NCBI GenBank assembly: GCA_023229845.1
Contig: JALNYK010000008.1
Location: 13,781-77,780 of the forward strand
Length of the DNA stretch: 64,000 nucleotides
From: Gallionella sp.
GTDB lineage: Bacteria > Pseudomonadota > Gammaproteobacteria > Burkholderiales > Gallionellaceae
Reading direction: 5' to 3'
The notes under the pieces were generated by a model. The model was given only the letters and a program-made list of their open reading frames with translations. It was not told where the DNA came from and ran no database searches. Below, piece after piece: positions 48,018-59,039 of the stretch; within the stretch, counting starts at the first letter, position 1, and every line of letters begins with the position of its first letter. The translations under genes and the position numbers were made by a program.

Positions 48018-49100
48018 ATGAAACAGGTTCAAACGATATTTCGTTCAGCCGTCGTCGCGGCTGCGTTGTTGCTGGGTGCATCCGGCGCACAGGCCGGGGA
48101 TGAAAGCCCGCCTCTCGAATGCAAAGAGAAGGAGAACGGTCAGCATGTCCTGTGGGAGAACGACGTGCTCACCTCCAAGCTGCTGGGCAAGTCGGACAAG
48201 TGGTACACGGATGGCATCAAGTGGGCATCGAGCTACAAGCCGAACTGCACGCCGGGCTGGCTGCCGGACAAGCTGCAGAGCACGCTGGCCGATCTGATGC
48301 AGGAAGACAGATACGACATCGTGTACGGCGTCACCGTCGGCCAACTGATGTTCACCCCGAAGAACCTCGCCACCGCCCTGCCGCAGCCGATGGACCGATT
48401 CTGGGGTGGCTGGCTCTACACCGGCATGCAGGTGCAACGGCAACCCCGGGACGACAGCAACGAACTGGAGACGCTGGAAGTCGATTACGGCGTGACCGGC
48501 GCGTTGTCCGGTGCGGAACAGGTGCAGCGGGTGATCCACAGGCTCAGCAATTCCACGCCGCCACAAGGCTGGAACAACCAGATCAAGACGGAACCTTCGA
48601 TCCAGCTCACCTACTCGCGCACCTTCCACACGCCGCAGCGACGGATTCCCGGCACGGCGCTGTCTTCCGACTTCGCCTGGCACTACGGCGCGGTGGCGGG
48701 CACGCTGTTCGACTACGTCAACGGTGGCGTCACCGCACGGCTCGGCACCAAGCTGACGGACGTGACGCCCGGCACCATCGAGAATCCGGCGATAGGCCAG
48801 TTCAGCAAACTGTCGAACGCCGCCTACCTGATGGCGAGGCTGGACATGAAAGCGGTCGCCCACAACACTTTCATCGACGGCAGCCTGCTGCGCGAAGCGC
48901 CCCATGATTCGCAGGTCACCAGCAAACAGATCGTGCCCCAGCTCAGCTTCGGGGTGGTGCTGGAGTGGGCGGGCAAGGGTAACGACGAGGGCAAGCGCCT
49001 GAGCATCCTGCTCCACCGCCGCGGCTCTGAATTCAGGTCGCCCGCAGGACCTGCGCCGATCTTCAACTTCGGCACGATAGCCTGGGAGTGGGATATGTAA
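48018..49100 (+). CDS. lpxR: Lipid A deacylase LpxR-family outer-membrane protein (DUF2219)
   Basis: 360 aa with a signal peptide. WENDV, DRFWGGWLY and GALSGAEQVQRVIHRL...PQGWNNQIKTEPSIQLTYSR match the LpxR/DUF2219 pattern. Confidence 0.75.
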   Translation: MKQVQTIFRSAVVAAALLLGASGAQAGDESPPLECKEKENGQHVLWENDVLTSKLLGKSDKWYTDGIKWASSYKPNCTPGWLPDKLQSTLADLMQEDRYDIVYGVTVGQLMFTPKNLATALPQPMDRFWGGWLYTGMQVQRQPRDDSNELETLEVDYGVTGALSGAEQVQRVIHRLSNSTPPQGWNNQIKTEPSIQLTYSRTFHTPQRRIPGTALSSDFAWHYGAVAGTLFDYVNGGVTARLGTKLTDVTPGTIENPAIGQFSKLSNAAYLMARLDMKAVAHNTFIDGSLLREAPHDSQVTSKQIVPQLSFGVVLEWAGKGNDEGKRLSILLHRRGSEFRSPAGPAPIFNFGTIAWEWDM

Positions 49101-49220
49101 CGTGCGGCAAGGCCGCTCAAAAAAGACGATTGAGTTCAACGTTATGCTGAATGGCCGGAACGTGAATCTGTAGATCGTGCCACCTTTGCGGCGGCTCGCG
49201 ATAACATAATCAGCGCATCC

Positions 49221-52200
49221 CTAAACTAGGATATTCCCCGCCGTCAGCTGAACGATGTTCACCCCAGACAGGACCACCAGCGCCGTTTCCATGCCGTTAG
49301 CCGCCAGGTCGGTCGAGTGGTACACCGTCACCGCGTTGCCGTTGGCCGAGTCGGCGATCACGATGTAGCCATCCGTAGCGATCACGGACACGTCGGCCGC
49401 AATCGCATTCGCCGCATCGGCAATCGCCACCGGCGTGGCGTCGAAGATGAAGACGTTGGCGGCGACGAAATCGGTCGTCAGGGTCTGGCCGGTCGCGACG
49501 GAATCGGTCAGGTTGGCGATGGCGGACAAGTCCAGCACGTCGCCGCCGTTCGCGACCGGCGCGGCGCTGAAACCGAGGACGGTGTCGGTTCCGTCTGCAA
49601 TCGAAGTCAGCAGGATCGTCGCGGAGCCGGCCGCGGTCGCGTCGGCGATGACGATCTGGTCTGCGCCCGCGCCGCCGGCGATGAGGTCGGCCCCGCCGTT
49701 GCCATAGAGCACGTCGCCGGCCGCCGTGCCGTTCAGGATGTCGGTTGCGATGCTGCCGGTGACAATAGCGCCCGTTCCCAATGGCGTGACTTCTGCGGTG
49801 CTGAAACCGGGAATCGCCGAGAGCGACGCGGCGGCATCCGTCAGCAGCGCGGTCTTGGCGTCGTTGGACAGCACGTAACCGTCGGCAAACACCAGCCGGT
49901 CGTTCGATGCGCCCGTCGCCGCTGCAACAATTACCGTCTCGCCGCTCGTCGCGTTGGTGAAGGTGATCTTGGAAGTGGTCGCCGCCTTGCTGTAGTCGGC
50001 CCAGTTGCCGGTGAGGTAGATCTTGTCTTCGCCGCTGTTCAGTTTGGAGGCGTCCACCGTCGCGCCCGCCTTGACGTAGACGATATCTACGCCGTTGCCG
50101 CCGGTCGCGATGAAGTTGATCCCCGGCGAGGTGCCGGTGAACACTTCCCCGGTCGTATCCAGCGCGAAGCCCTTGACGGTGGCGTTCAGCGTGGTCGGCT
50201 GCGCCGGCGCCGCGCCCAGCGTCGGGATCGAGCCGCCCGATGCCCAGCCATGCAGGTCGAACGTGCTGGCCGCGCCATTCGCGAACACCACGGTGTCGTA
50301 ATTGAGCGACGTGCCCTTGGCCAGCAACACCGTCTCGGCGCTCGCGCCGGTTCCGCGCGTCAACGTCACCGTGGAGGTGGTGACGCTCGTCGCGTAATCC
50401 GCCAGGTTGCCCGTCAGATAGATGTTGTCGATGCCGCCATTGCTCTTGGTAAAGTCGAATTTTATGCCGGGCATCAGGGAAACATTGTCGATGCCGTTGG
50501 TGCCGGTGAATACGATGTACTGCCCTTGTAACGACATCGCTCCGCGCGCCAGATCAAAATGCGTCAAGTTGTCGCCTGGAGACTGCGTGACGAAATATTT
50601 CGATGATGGCGGAGCAGATATGCTGATGCCGCTGCTGGCCACGGATTCGACAGTGCCATGGGCATCGACATAGCCGGCAACTACGCTGACCGCCTTGCCG
50701 ATATCGGCTTGCGTCGGAATGTAAGTGCTATTGGTCGCGCCAGCGATGGCGACGCCGTCTGCAAGCCATTGATAGCCTATGGCACCCAGCCCATCGGCAT
50801 CGGCCAGGGTGTTGGAGGCGGTCAGCGTGTAGCCCCGGAAGGCGGCTCCCGCAATGGATACACTGCCCGTCGGCAGGCTGTTTATAAAAATCTGATCCCC
50901 ATACAAAGAGAAGTCGCTCGCCGAGAACGTACCCGCGAGTTGCACCTGCACGTCCGCGCCCGCCACGGCATCGGTGCCGATAAACAACGACGTCGTTCCC
51001 GCAGAGGATGCGCACTGGACCTGATTGGCCAACACAGCGCCGCCGTTGCCCGCCGCGACGCTTCCGGAGAATGCCGCACCCGCGATGCTGATGCTGTCTC
51101 CCGCCGCAAGATCGGCAATCGTGTCGAGACCGTTTCCGCTGGCAGCAAAGGCAAACACGTCGTTCCCGCCGCCTCCGGTGAAGATGTTGTTGTTCGAATT
51201 GCCGGTCAGGACGTTGTCCAGCGTATTCCCGGTGCCGTCGATCACAGCGGTGCCGGACAGGGTGAGGTTCTCAACGTTGTCGCTCAGCGCATAGGAGACC
51301 GAACTGATCACATGGTCGGTGCCTTCGTTGGCCAGCTCGGTGACTTGTTCGCCAAGGTAACTTCCTGGCATGTTATAGCGAACTGATCCATACAACATTG
51401 GGTCGAGGGGATACCCATTTAAAGAGAAAGTTGCAGACAGGCTCCTGAGAACAGGCTCCGCACCCGAATAGTCTATGTTGATGGAGTCGATAGAGAAGCT
51501 GCCGGAAAGTTCAGTACCATAACCTAGGCCATTCATGCTGTAAGCAAGGCCTGGATGCCCAAAATTGGCGAAGGACGCAAATTCTGCGTTAAGGTAAGTC
51601 CCTGGGGCAAGGTTAGCTCCCAACTGATCGGTTGCTAAAGTCAAATTAAAAAAGTCAGTTGTGCTTAAGTAGTAGAAACTAAGATAGTCGACAGATCCAT
51701 CGTTATTCTGATCAAGGAGCTGGTTAACCATCCAGTTCCCTGTTGCCAGGGTGAAAGTGAAAGACTTGTCTCCAGTCCACCCCAATCCCTTTAAAAGGCC
51801 ATTCTCGACACCATGTACATTCAAAAATGCCACTGGAACCATGGCATCTACTATATAGGTGTCATTTCCGCCCCCACCCAAAAACCAGTCCGTACCTCCT
51901 CCTCCGATCAGCGTGTCGTTCCCCGCACCACCGCTCAAGGTGTCGTTGCCATCCCCTCCGTCCAGTACGTTATCTGCCGCATTTCCGGAGAGGATGTTGT
52001 CGAGCGCATTCCCCGTGCCATCGATCGCAGTACCCGTCAACGTCAAATTCTCGACATTCGCTCCGAGGGTATAAGTGATTGCACTTTGGACGGTATCGAT
52101 GCCCTGCTCTGCTAATTCAACAACCGAATCGCCCAGCACATCGACGACATAGGTGTCGTTGCCCAAGCCGCCCGACATGCTGTCGCTGCCCAGCCCGCCG

Positions 52201-52856
52201 TCCAGCAGATTGGCGGCATCGTTGCCGGTCAGCACATTGCCGAGCGCGTTGCCGGTGCCGTCGATCGCTGTCGTTCCGGCCAAGATCAGGTTTTCGATGT
52301 TGGCGCCCAGCGTGTAGCCAACCGAACTCTGAACGGTATCGCTACCTTCATTCAGGTTCTCGGTTACGACATCGCCCGCGTTATCGACGACATAGATATC
52401 GTCTCCAACTCCGCCCACCAGCGTGTCAGCGCCTATACCACCGTCAACGATGTCGTTCCCAGCATAGCTCCATAACACGTCGTTATAGCTGCTGCCGGTG
52501 AAAGTATCGTTACCGGCAAAGAAGTAGGCGACGAGTCCGACAGCATCGTTGTTAAGCGCATAGGATTCATAGACGCCGCCGGGAATACTCAATCCGGAAA
52601 TGGAGTCTTGCACCACCCAGCTCAGATCGTATGTGGTGATGCCGGTCAGCGTGCTGTCGGGCCAGGACAGGTATTGATAACCACCGGAGTAGGTGTAACT
52701 GAAAGAGCCGTAGTAATCAGCATAACCAAGGATCGAATCGCTCAACTGGACCAGCGACGGCCCCATAGACAGCACAGACGACGTTCCTCCCCCCGAGTCC
52801 ACGCCGACCGCAGCCGGTGAATTGTCTGAAAAAACGTAGGTTATGTAAGTCGCCAT
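49221..52856 (-). CDS. Large RTX-type (GGxGxD nonapeptide repeat) secreted protein, probable T1SS substrate
   Basis: 1211 aa with no signal peptide. Multiple [15 protein letters not shown]-type repeats. The C-terminal roughly 460 aa are about 90% identical to the protein at 53084..56362. Confidence 0.85.
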   Translation of the reverse strand: MATYITYVFSDNSPAAVGVDSGGGTSSVLSMGPSLVQLSDSILGYADYYGSFSYTYSGGYQYLSWPDSTLTGITTYDLSWVVQDSISGLSIPGGVYESYALNNDAVGLVAYFFAGNDTFTGSSYNDVLWSYAGNDIVDGGIGADTLVGGVGDDIYVVDNAGDVVTENLNEGSDTVQSSVGYTLGANIENLILAGTTAIDGTGNALGNVLTGNDAANLLDGGLGSDSMSGGLGNDTYVVDVLGDSVVELAEQGIDTVQSAITYTLGANVENLTLTGTAIDGTGNALDNILSGNAADNVLDGGDGNDTLSGGAGNDTLIGGGGTDWFLGGGGNDTYIVDAMVPVAFLNVHGVENGLLKGLGWTGDKSFTFTLATGNWMVNQLLDQNNDGSVDYLSFYYLSTTDFFNLTLATDQLGANLAPGTYLNAEFASFANFGHPGLAYSMNGLGYGTELSGSFSIDSINIDYSGAEPVLRSLSATFSLNGYPLDPMLYGSVRYNMPGSYLGEQVTELANEGTDHVISSVSYALSDNVENLTLSGTAVIDGTGNTLDNVLTGNSNNNIFTGGGGNDVFAFAASGNGLDTIADLAAGDSISIAGAAFSGSVAAGNGGAVLANQVQCASSAGTTSLFIGTDAVAGADVQVQLAGTFSASDFSLYGDQIFINSLPTGSVSIAGAAFRGYTLTASNTLADADGLGAIGYQWLADGVAIAGATNSTYIPTQADIGKAVSVVAGYVDAHGTVESVASSGISISAPPSSKYFVTQSPGDNLTHFDLARGAMSLQGQYIVFTGTNGIDNVSLMPGIKFDFTKSNGGIDNIYLTGNLADYATSVTTSTVTLTRGTGASAETVLLAKGTSLNYDTVVFANGAASTFDLHGWASGGSIPTLGAAPAQPTTLNATVKGFALDTTGEVFTGTSPGINFIATGGNGVDIVYVKAGATVDASKLNSGEDKIYLTGNWADYSKAATTSKITFTNATSGETVIVAAATGASNDRLVFADGYVLSNDAKTALLTDAAASLSAIPGFSTAEVTPLGTGAIVTGSIATDILNGTAAGDVLYGNGGADLIAGGAGADQIVIADATAAGSATILLTSIADGTDTVLGFSAAPVANGGDVLDLSAIANLTDSVATGQTLTTDFVAANVFIFDATPVAIADAANAIAADVSVIATDGYIVIADSANGNAVTVYHSTDLAANGMETALVVLSGVNIVQLTAGNILV

Positions 52857-53083
52857 AATTATTCCTGAGTATCAGACCTATCCCGCATTAGATCGAGCAA
52901 GCGACCATATGCGAAATATGCCCATTAAACAATAAGCCGAAATATCTATACTTCGATCCTGAAGAGATAGATTCATCACTACCGGACCATCCGCATTACA
53001 GGCAAATCCATCGAGGACAGTTCTGCATGTTCAGAACCCTAGATAGCCATATCGAGCAAGTACAAATTCGGGCTTGCGGGGTG

Positions 53084-56000
53084 TCAGACCAGCATATTCC
53101 CCGCCGTCAGCTGCGCGATGGCCACCCCGGACAGGACCACCAGCGCCGTTTCCGTGCCGTTAGCCGCCAAATCTGTCGAGTGGTACACCGTCACCGCATT
53201 GCCGTTGGCCGAGTCGGCGATCACGATGTAGCCATCCGTAGCGATCACGGACACGTCAGCCGCAATCGCGTTCGCCGCATCGGCAATCGCCACCGGCGTG
53301 GCGTCGAAGATGAAGACGTTGGCGGCAGCGAAGTCGGTCGTCAGTGTCTGGCCGGTCGCGACGGCATCGGTCAGGTTGGCGATGGCGGACAAGTCCAGCA
53401 CATCGCCGCCGTTCGCAACCGGCGCGGCGCTGAAACCGATGACGGCGTCGATTCCGTCTGTAATTGAAGTCAGCAGGATCGTCGCGGAGTTGGCGGCGGT
53501 CGTGCCGGTATCGGTGATGACGATGGTGTCGGCGCCTGCGCCGCCGTTGATAGCGTCGGCTCCGCCGTTGCCGTAGATCACCTCGCCGGCCGCCGTGCCG
53601 TTCAGGATGTCGGTTGCAACAGTGCCGGTGACGATAGCGCCCGTTCCCAATGGCGTGACTTCTGCGGTGCTGAAACCGGGAATCGCCGAGAGCGGCGCGG
53701 CGGCATCCGCCAGCAGCGCGGTCTTGGCGTCGTTGGACAGCACGTAACCGTCTGCGAACACCAGCCGGTCGTTGGATGCGCCCGCCGCTGCCGCGACGAT
53801 CACCGAGTCTCCGGTCGTCGCATTGGTAAAGGTGATCTTGGAGGTGGTCGCCGCCTTGGTGTAGTCCGCCCAGTTGGCGGTGAAGTAGATCTTGTCTTCG
53901 CCGCTGTTCAGCTTCGAGGCATCCACCGTCGCCCCCGCCTTGACGTAGACGATGTCCACGCCATTGCCGCCCGTCGCGATGAAGTTGATCCCCGGTGCGG
54001 TGCCGGTGAACACTTCCCCGGTCGCATCCAGCGCGAAGCCCTTGACGGTGGCGTTCAGCGTGGTCGGCGGTACCAGCGCCGCAGCCAGCGTCGGGATCGC
54101 GCCGCCCGCCGCCCAGCCGTGCAGGTCGAACGTGCTGGCCGAGCCATTCGCGAACGCCACGGTGTCGTAATTGAGCGACGTGCCTTTGGCCAACAGCACT
54201 GTCTCGGCATTTACGCCCGCTCCGCGCGTCAGCGTCACCGTGGAGGTGGTGACGCTCGTCGCGTAATCCGCCAGGTTGCCCGTCAGGTAGATGTTGTCGA
54301 TGCCGCCATTGCTCTTCGTAAAATCGACGACCACTCCGGGAGCAGCGGTCACGTTGTCTACACCGTTTGTGCCGGTGAATACAATGTTCTGCCCTTGAAG
54401 CGATGACGTGCCATAGGCCAGGTCAAAATCCAGCAGGTTGGAGCCCGGCGACTGGGTGACGAAGTATTTTGAACTCGCAATGAATGAATAAATGTTGAGA
54501 CTATTGCTGGCAACCGATTCAAAAGCACCAAAACCGTCGGTGTAGCTGGCAACCACGCTGATAGCCTTGCCGACCTCGGCTTGAGTCAGGGTGTAAATGT
54601 TACTGGTTGCACCTGTGATGTCGATGCCGTTGGCTTGCCACTGGTAAGCGATCGTACCGAGGCCGTCGGCATCGGCCAGGTTGTTGCTGGCGGTCAGGAT
54701 CTGGCTCAGGGTGGGAGTGCCGCTGATGGTCACGCTACCTGTCGGCAGACTATTGAAAAACAGCCAGTTTCCGTTCAGCGAAAAGTTGGATGACGCATAA
54801 CTGCCTGTCAGTTGAATCTGGACATCTGCGCCAGCTATCGCATCGGTTCCGATGTACAGCGTTGTCAGGCTGGCTGAATTAAACAGCTCGACCTGATTGG
54901 CCAGAATACTCGCCCCGTTCCCGCTCGATATGGCGCCCGTAAAACTGCAGCCCGTTATATCGATCCGGTCGCCCGACGAACAATCGGAAATCGTATCGAT
55001 TCCATTTCCGCTTGCACCGAACAGGAATACATCGTTTCCGCCGTTTCCGACCAGCGTGTCATTGCCGGACGCACCACCGATGGTATTGCCCTCAGCGCTC
55101 CCCGTCAGAATGCGGCCAGCCGTGCCATAAGCGTATAAGTTCTCGACATTAAGAAGGCTGGCTAGACTGTAATTGAAATTTGCCCAGATCGAATCAATGC
55201 CTTCGGCGCTGTATTCGACGACAGTATCGTTTATCGTGTTCAGATAGTAAGCATCGTTGCCCGCGCCGCCATACAGCGCATCGTTCCCTGCCCCGCCGTC
55301 CAGGGAATTGGCCGCATCGTTGCCGATCAATGTGTCGTTGCCGGAGCCGCCAGCCGCGTTCTCGATAATCGCGCCATAGGCAATGCCCAGATTGTTCGTG
55401 CCGTCGTAAGTCGGCGCATAGCCGGGCGCCGTCGCCCCTGCCGGAAGCGGATCAGACAGGATGCGGATGCTCGAATAGCTTCCGGGAGTGAGATCGATCC
55501 GGCAGTTCTCCGAAAAATTGCCGACGTCTATCGTATCGTTGCCGCCGGCGTCCCAAATCGTTTTTAGGAATGGCAGAGCGGGATCGAAAGTGTAAACGTC
55601 ATCCCCTGTCCGATAAGTCAGGTTCGCGCCATAGAGATGCTGGATGGCGGCGATATCCAGGACCATCGGGGTCTCTGGCGCTATCGCCCCCGTGCTCCAT
55701 GAAAAAGACACATCCGTGATTTGCGTGATCGTTCCAAAGAGATTGTTGGCCGGGTCGGTGTAGGACATCACCGTTTGTTGACGGTTGTCGAGTGCGACCG
55801 GAAGTTGCGACAGGCCTTCAAAAGGATGCTTTAACCCTAATGAGTGTCCGACTTCATGGATCAAAGAGAAATAGTTATGCGATCCTGCAGACCAGTCTGC
55901 ATCTGTCGCCCCGCCTTGAAGGGTGCTTATCCAGACATCTCCGGAACTTGGGAGCGCCTGATTTAACGTATAACTCCAACCCCATGCCTGCGACCCGGCA

Positions 56001-56362
56001 TCCACCGCAGAAGTAAATGCGAAGCGAATATCGCCGACGTTCGTGCTGGTGTCGGTCGTACTTTGAAAGGTAATGTTGGATACATTGGCCCAGGCAAGCA
56101 AAGCATTGCTTGCAGCGGTTTGCTGAACCGCATTCAAGCCATATACAGCGGCCGCAACGGGTTCATTCAGCGTCGAATAGGACGTCCCGTTCGCACCGTA
56201 AAAAACGGCGCTGCCGCCTGTCGCCCAGGGAAAACTATAGGTAAGCGTCGCTCCCGCTCCGACCGCTCCGCCCCACTTGGCGCCCTCAATGAGCGCGTCG
56301 AGGTTGGTAAGATTAGTCGGCGAAACGTTGGTAATCAAACTTGAGGTTGTAGGTAATGCCAT
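53084..56362 (-). CDS. Serralysin-like (M10B) zinc metalloprotease fused to RTX repeats and a long C-terminal module
   Basis: 1092 aa. HEVGHSLGLKH zinc motif plus a Met-turn (TVMSY), then GGSGNDTLIGNDAANSLDGGAGNDALYGGAGND RTX repeats. No signal peptide. Confidence 0.85.
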   Translation of the reverse strand: MALPTTSSLITNVSPTNLTNLDALIEGAKWGGAVGAGATLTYSFPWATGGSAVFYGANGTSYSTLNEPVAAAVYGLNAVQQTAASNALLAWANVSNITFQSTTDTSTNVGDIRFAFTSAVDAGSQAWGWSYTLNQALPSSGDVWISTLQGGATDADWSAGSHNYFSLIHEVGHSLGLKHPFEGLSQLPVALDNRQQTVMSYTDPANNLFGTITQITDVSFSWSTGAIAPETPMVLDIAAIQHLYGANLTYRTGDDVYTFDPALPFLKTIWDAGGNDTIDVGNFSENCRIDLTPGSYSSIRILSDPLPAGATAPGYAPTYDGTNNLGIAYGAIIENAAGGSGNDTLIGNDAANSLDGGAGNDALYGGAGNDAYYLNTINDTVVEYSAEGIDSIWANFNYSLASLLNVENLYAYGTAGRILTGSAEGNTIGGASGNDTLVGNGGNDVFLFGASGNGIDTISDCSSGDRIDITGCSFTGAISSGNGASILANQVELFNSASLTTLYIGTDAIAGADVQIQLTGSYASSNFSLNGNWLFFNSLPTGSVTISGTPTLSQILTASNNLADADGLGTIAYQWQANGIDITGATSNIYTLTQAEVGKAISVVASYTDGFGAFESVASNSLNIYSFIASSKYFVTQSPGSNLLDFDLAYGTSSLQGQNIVFTGTNGVDNVTAAPGVVVDFTKSNGGIDNIYLTGNLADYATSVTTSTVTLTRGAGVNAETVLLAKGTSLNYDTVAFANGSASTFDLHGWAAGGAIPTLAAALVPPTTLNATVKGFALDATGEVFTGTAPGINFIATGGNGVDIVYVKAGATVDASKLNSGEDKIYFTANWADYTKAATTSKITFTNATTGDSVIVAAAAGASNDRLVFADGYVLSNDAKTALLADAAAPLSAIPGFSTAEVTPLGTGAIVTGTVATDILNGTAAGEVIYGNGGADAINGGAGADTIVITDTGTTAANSATILLTSITDGIDAVIGFSAAPVANGGDVLDLSAIANLTDAVATGQTLTTDFAAANVFIFDATPVAIADAANAIAADVSVIATDGYIVIADSANGNAVTVYHSTDLAANGTETALVVLSGVAIAQLTAGNMLV

Positions 56363-56489
56363 AAACGATTATCTGGACGAACGACATAAAAACACGGAAG
56401 AAGGAAACCACGCCAACTCCCGTGAGACTGTCGGCAATATAATTCGTTCATGCAATCCGGTCGAGGATTATGGTTTACCTTCTTTCGGG

Positions 56490-57338
56490 TCAGTCGACCC
56501 CCAGCACTTTAGCGAAGTCTGAATATTCATCCTCGATCTCGCCAAAATGCGATTGCATCTGCTGGAAAGAAAGTTCGAGCCGCATCATCGCGCCATGGGA
56601 CAACGGCGGCACCTGTCCGGAACCGCCAAAATCCAGCGCATGGCTCAACACCTCCGCGACATGCACCGTATCGGCCATACGCGACGACACATCGTCGAAC
56701 ACATGATGATGCCCACCTATCGCCTCGCCAATGGCGGACGGGAAATTCCATCTATCCACCAGATGCGCGCCTATTCCGGCGTGGTCTATTCCTAACACCG
56801 CATGCTCCGCCACGGAAATATGGCAGTCCTGTCTCTTCTTGTACTCCATCACCGCATGCAATTCGCCCGGCAGCGTAACTGCCACCACCAACTGCCCCAC
56901 GTCATGCAGCAATCCGGCAACAAAAGCGATATCCGGATTCAGGTGGATTCTTCGGGCGATAAACTTGGCGCAGCAGGCTACTCCGATGCTGTGACGCATG
57001 AATTTCCCGAAATTGAAATCGTCATGGCTGTTTTCCCGAAAATGGCTGGAAAGCCCGTCCAGGCAGGCCAGATTACGAATCGCGTTGAAGCCCAGTATCG
57101 TCACCGCCTGCTGGGGAGATGAGACGCCGCCCCTGACGGCATAACGCGAAGAATTCGCCAGCTTCAACACCCCGGCCAGCATACCGAGATCGCTCTCGAT
57201 CTTTCGGGTCAACAACTGCGGCGTCATACTGTCGTCGTCGATAGAGCGGATTATCTCCACGACGGCCTGGGGCAAACTGGGAAACGACTCGACTGCCCCC
57301 AATATCTCTTCGGTGGATTTAAAGGACGAGGTATTCAT
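56490..57338 (-). CDS. HDOD-domain signalling protein
   Basis: 282 aa. FPSLPQAVVEIIRSIDD... and GLLHDVGQLV match the HDOD pattern. Confidence 0.85.
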   Translation of the reverse strand: MNTSSFKSTEEILGAVESFPSLPQAVVEIIRSIDDDSMTPQLLTRKIESDLGMLAGVLKLANSSRYAVRGGVSSPQQAVTILGFNAIRNLACLDGLSSHFRENSHDDFNFGKFMRHSIGVACCAKFIARRIHLNPDIAFVAGLLHDVGQLVVAVTLPGELHAVMEYKKRQDCHISVAEHAVLGIDHAGIGAHLVDRWNFPSAIGEAIGGHHHVFDDVSSRMADTVHVAEVLSHALDFGGSGQVPPLSHGAMMRLELSFQQMQSHFGEIEDEYSDFAKVLGVD

Positions 57339-57718
57339 GCCGACCCCTCCAGCCTGTATTCCAGCACCAGTTGATACAGCGACGCGAGATGCTCATCCTG
57401 TCCTGCATGGCGGAACAGCATGCCTAGGCGATCCAGCACCTTGGCGCGCTCGGCTGCCAACTCATCCTCGCCACGAGTATCTGCCACTTGTATGGCTATA
57501 TGAGCAATACCGCGCTTGCGCAAACCGGAGAGCGCGGACTCCGAAAGCTCGCATCCGGCCTGCAACAGCACATCGCCACGCTGGTTGCATACCGCAGCCG
57601 CCAGCTGCATTCCCGGCACCGCCTGATCGAGCGGAATTTTATTCAAACGAAATTTCATACCCAGCCTCCTCCTCTTCTCGGTTAACGCCTCCCTGAACAA
57701 CTCCATTTGCGGCAGCAC
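57335..57718 (-). CDS. Hypothetical small protein coupled to the HDOD gene
   Basis: 127 aa at most (the start may be internal, e.g. MKFRLNK). 4-nt overlap with the HDOD start. The segment IPLDQAVPGMQLAAAVCNQRGDVLLQAGCELSESALSGLRKRGIAHIAI resembles N-terminal modules of HD-GYP proteins. Confidence 0.45.
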   Translation of the reverse strand: MLPQMELFREALTEKRRRLGMKFRLNKIPLDQAVPGMQLAAAVCNQRGDVLLQAGCELSESALSGLRKRGIAHIAIQVADTRGEDELAAERAKVLDRLGMLFRHAGQDEHLASLYQLVLEYRLEGSA

Positions 57719-57775
57719 CGCGTTTTCGAGGGCAAAGCGTCTCTCAAGACATCAAACGCCGGAGCCATCTGAAAT

Positions 57776-59014
57776 TCACACACCCAATTGCACTAATCCT
57801 TGCAACATCTCCGGATCGAACTTCCAATCGGAGGGCTTCTCGATGCCGGCAATTTCATCCAGCGATTTCGACAAATCCATCATCTCCGGATAAAGATGCT
57901 CGCGCTGGCGGCCGGAATAGAACACCACTACTTTAGGGGTCAGCAGACTGTCGGCGGATTGGTCGGCCACCACGCCCAGACGCCCGGATGCGAGGCTGAC
58001 CAGTGTTCCAATCGGATAGATACCCACCGTCTTGACGAAGGCATGGAACACCGATTCATCGTAGTTACCGTCCTTCCACTCCGCCATCTTGCGGATCGCC
58101 TCGGCCGGGTCCCAGCCGGACTTGTAACAACGCGTCGAAGTAATCGCGTCGTACACGTCGCATACCGCCCCCATACGCGCAAACAGCGAAATGGATTCGC
58201 CAGACAGTTTTTCGGGATAGCCTTTGCCGTCGAGTCGCTCATGGTGGTGCAGGCAGACGTCCAGCGATATCTCGCTCACGCCGGGCGCAATCTTCAAAAT
58301 TTCCCATCCGCTGCGCGGATGCTGCTTCATGATGTCGAATTCCTCGCGGGTCAACGAACCCGGTTTGTTGAGCACCTCCTCCGGCGTCATGATCTTGCCG
58401 ATGTCGTGCAGCAGCCCGGCCATGCCGGCCTGTCTCAAGGCGTCCCCCTCCATCCCCAATTGCCGCCCCAGCGCAATCATCAGCGCACAAACGGCCACCG
58501 AATGAAGATAGGTGTAATCGTCCTTATTCTTCAGGCGCGCCAGACTCAACAGCGCGCACTGATTGCGCATGATCGATTGGCTTATCTCCTCAACCAGCGA
58601 CTCGGCCTGCTCCAGTTGCAGCGCCTTGCCCATGCGGGCCTCCTGAAACATCGAAGTCACTTCCTTCTTGGCCCTGGCATGGATCATCCGGGCTCGCCCC
58701 AGTTCCTGATGCAATTCGACCGTCCGCTCCGACTTCTTTACAGTTTTGACCGCCGATAGCAGCGTCTCATCGACCTTCAGTTTCTCATCTTCTTCGGAAA
58801 AAGCCTCGGCATCGGCCCCAACATCCAGCCCCTTGGAAACATCGATCCACACCTCTTGGATACCGCAATCCTGCAACGTCTTCAGCATGTTGGCATTCGA
58901 CACCTTAAACGTCTTCTTCCAGAACGGATGATCCATCCAGCTGCCGCACACCTCGTGCACATACATCCCGAGCCTGACATCGGCAACATGGATCTTTTTC
59001 AGATTGGCATTCAT
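57776..59014 (-). CDS. HD-GYP domain c-di-GMP phosphodiesterase with DUF3391-like N-terminus
   Basis: 412 aa. Contains IHVADVRLGMYVHEV, HSVAV, LLHDIGK, HHERLDGKGYP. Confidence 0.9.
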   Translation of the reverse strand: MNANLKKIHVADVRLGMYVHEVCGSWMDHPFWKKTFKVSNANMLKTLQDCGIQEVWIDVSKGLDVGADAEAFSEEDEKLKVDETLLSAVKTVKKSERTVELHQELGRARMIHARAKKEVTSMFQEARMGKALQLEQAESLVEEISQSIMRNQCALLSLARLKNKDDYTYLHSVAVCALMIALGRQLGMEGDALRQAGMAGLLHDIGKIMTPEEVLNKPGSLTREEFDIMKQHPRSGWEILKIAPGVSEISLDVCLHHHERLDGKGYPEKLSGESISLFARMGAVCDVYDAITSTRCYKSGWDPAEAIRKMAEWKDGNYDESVFHAFVKTVGIYPIGTLVSLASGRLGVVADQSADSLLTPKVVVFYSGRQREHLYPEMMDLSKSLDEIAGIEKPSDWKFDPEMLQGLVQLGV

Positions 59015-59039
59015 TTTTTTCCTCCAAACTCACACATAC

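Noticed and set aside
52946-52967. 14-nt identity (GCCGAAATATCTAT) between the hairpin at 39707-39720 and the RTX intergenic region
   Set aside because: By a rough estimate, several 14-mer coincidences are expected among all position pairs in 64 kb on two strands. The second site does not form the same hairpin.
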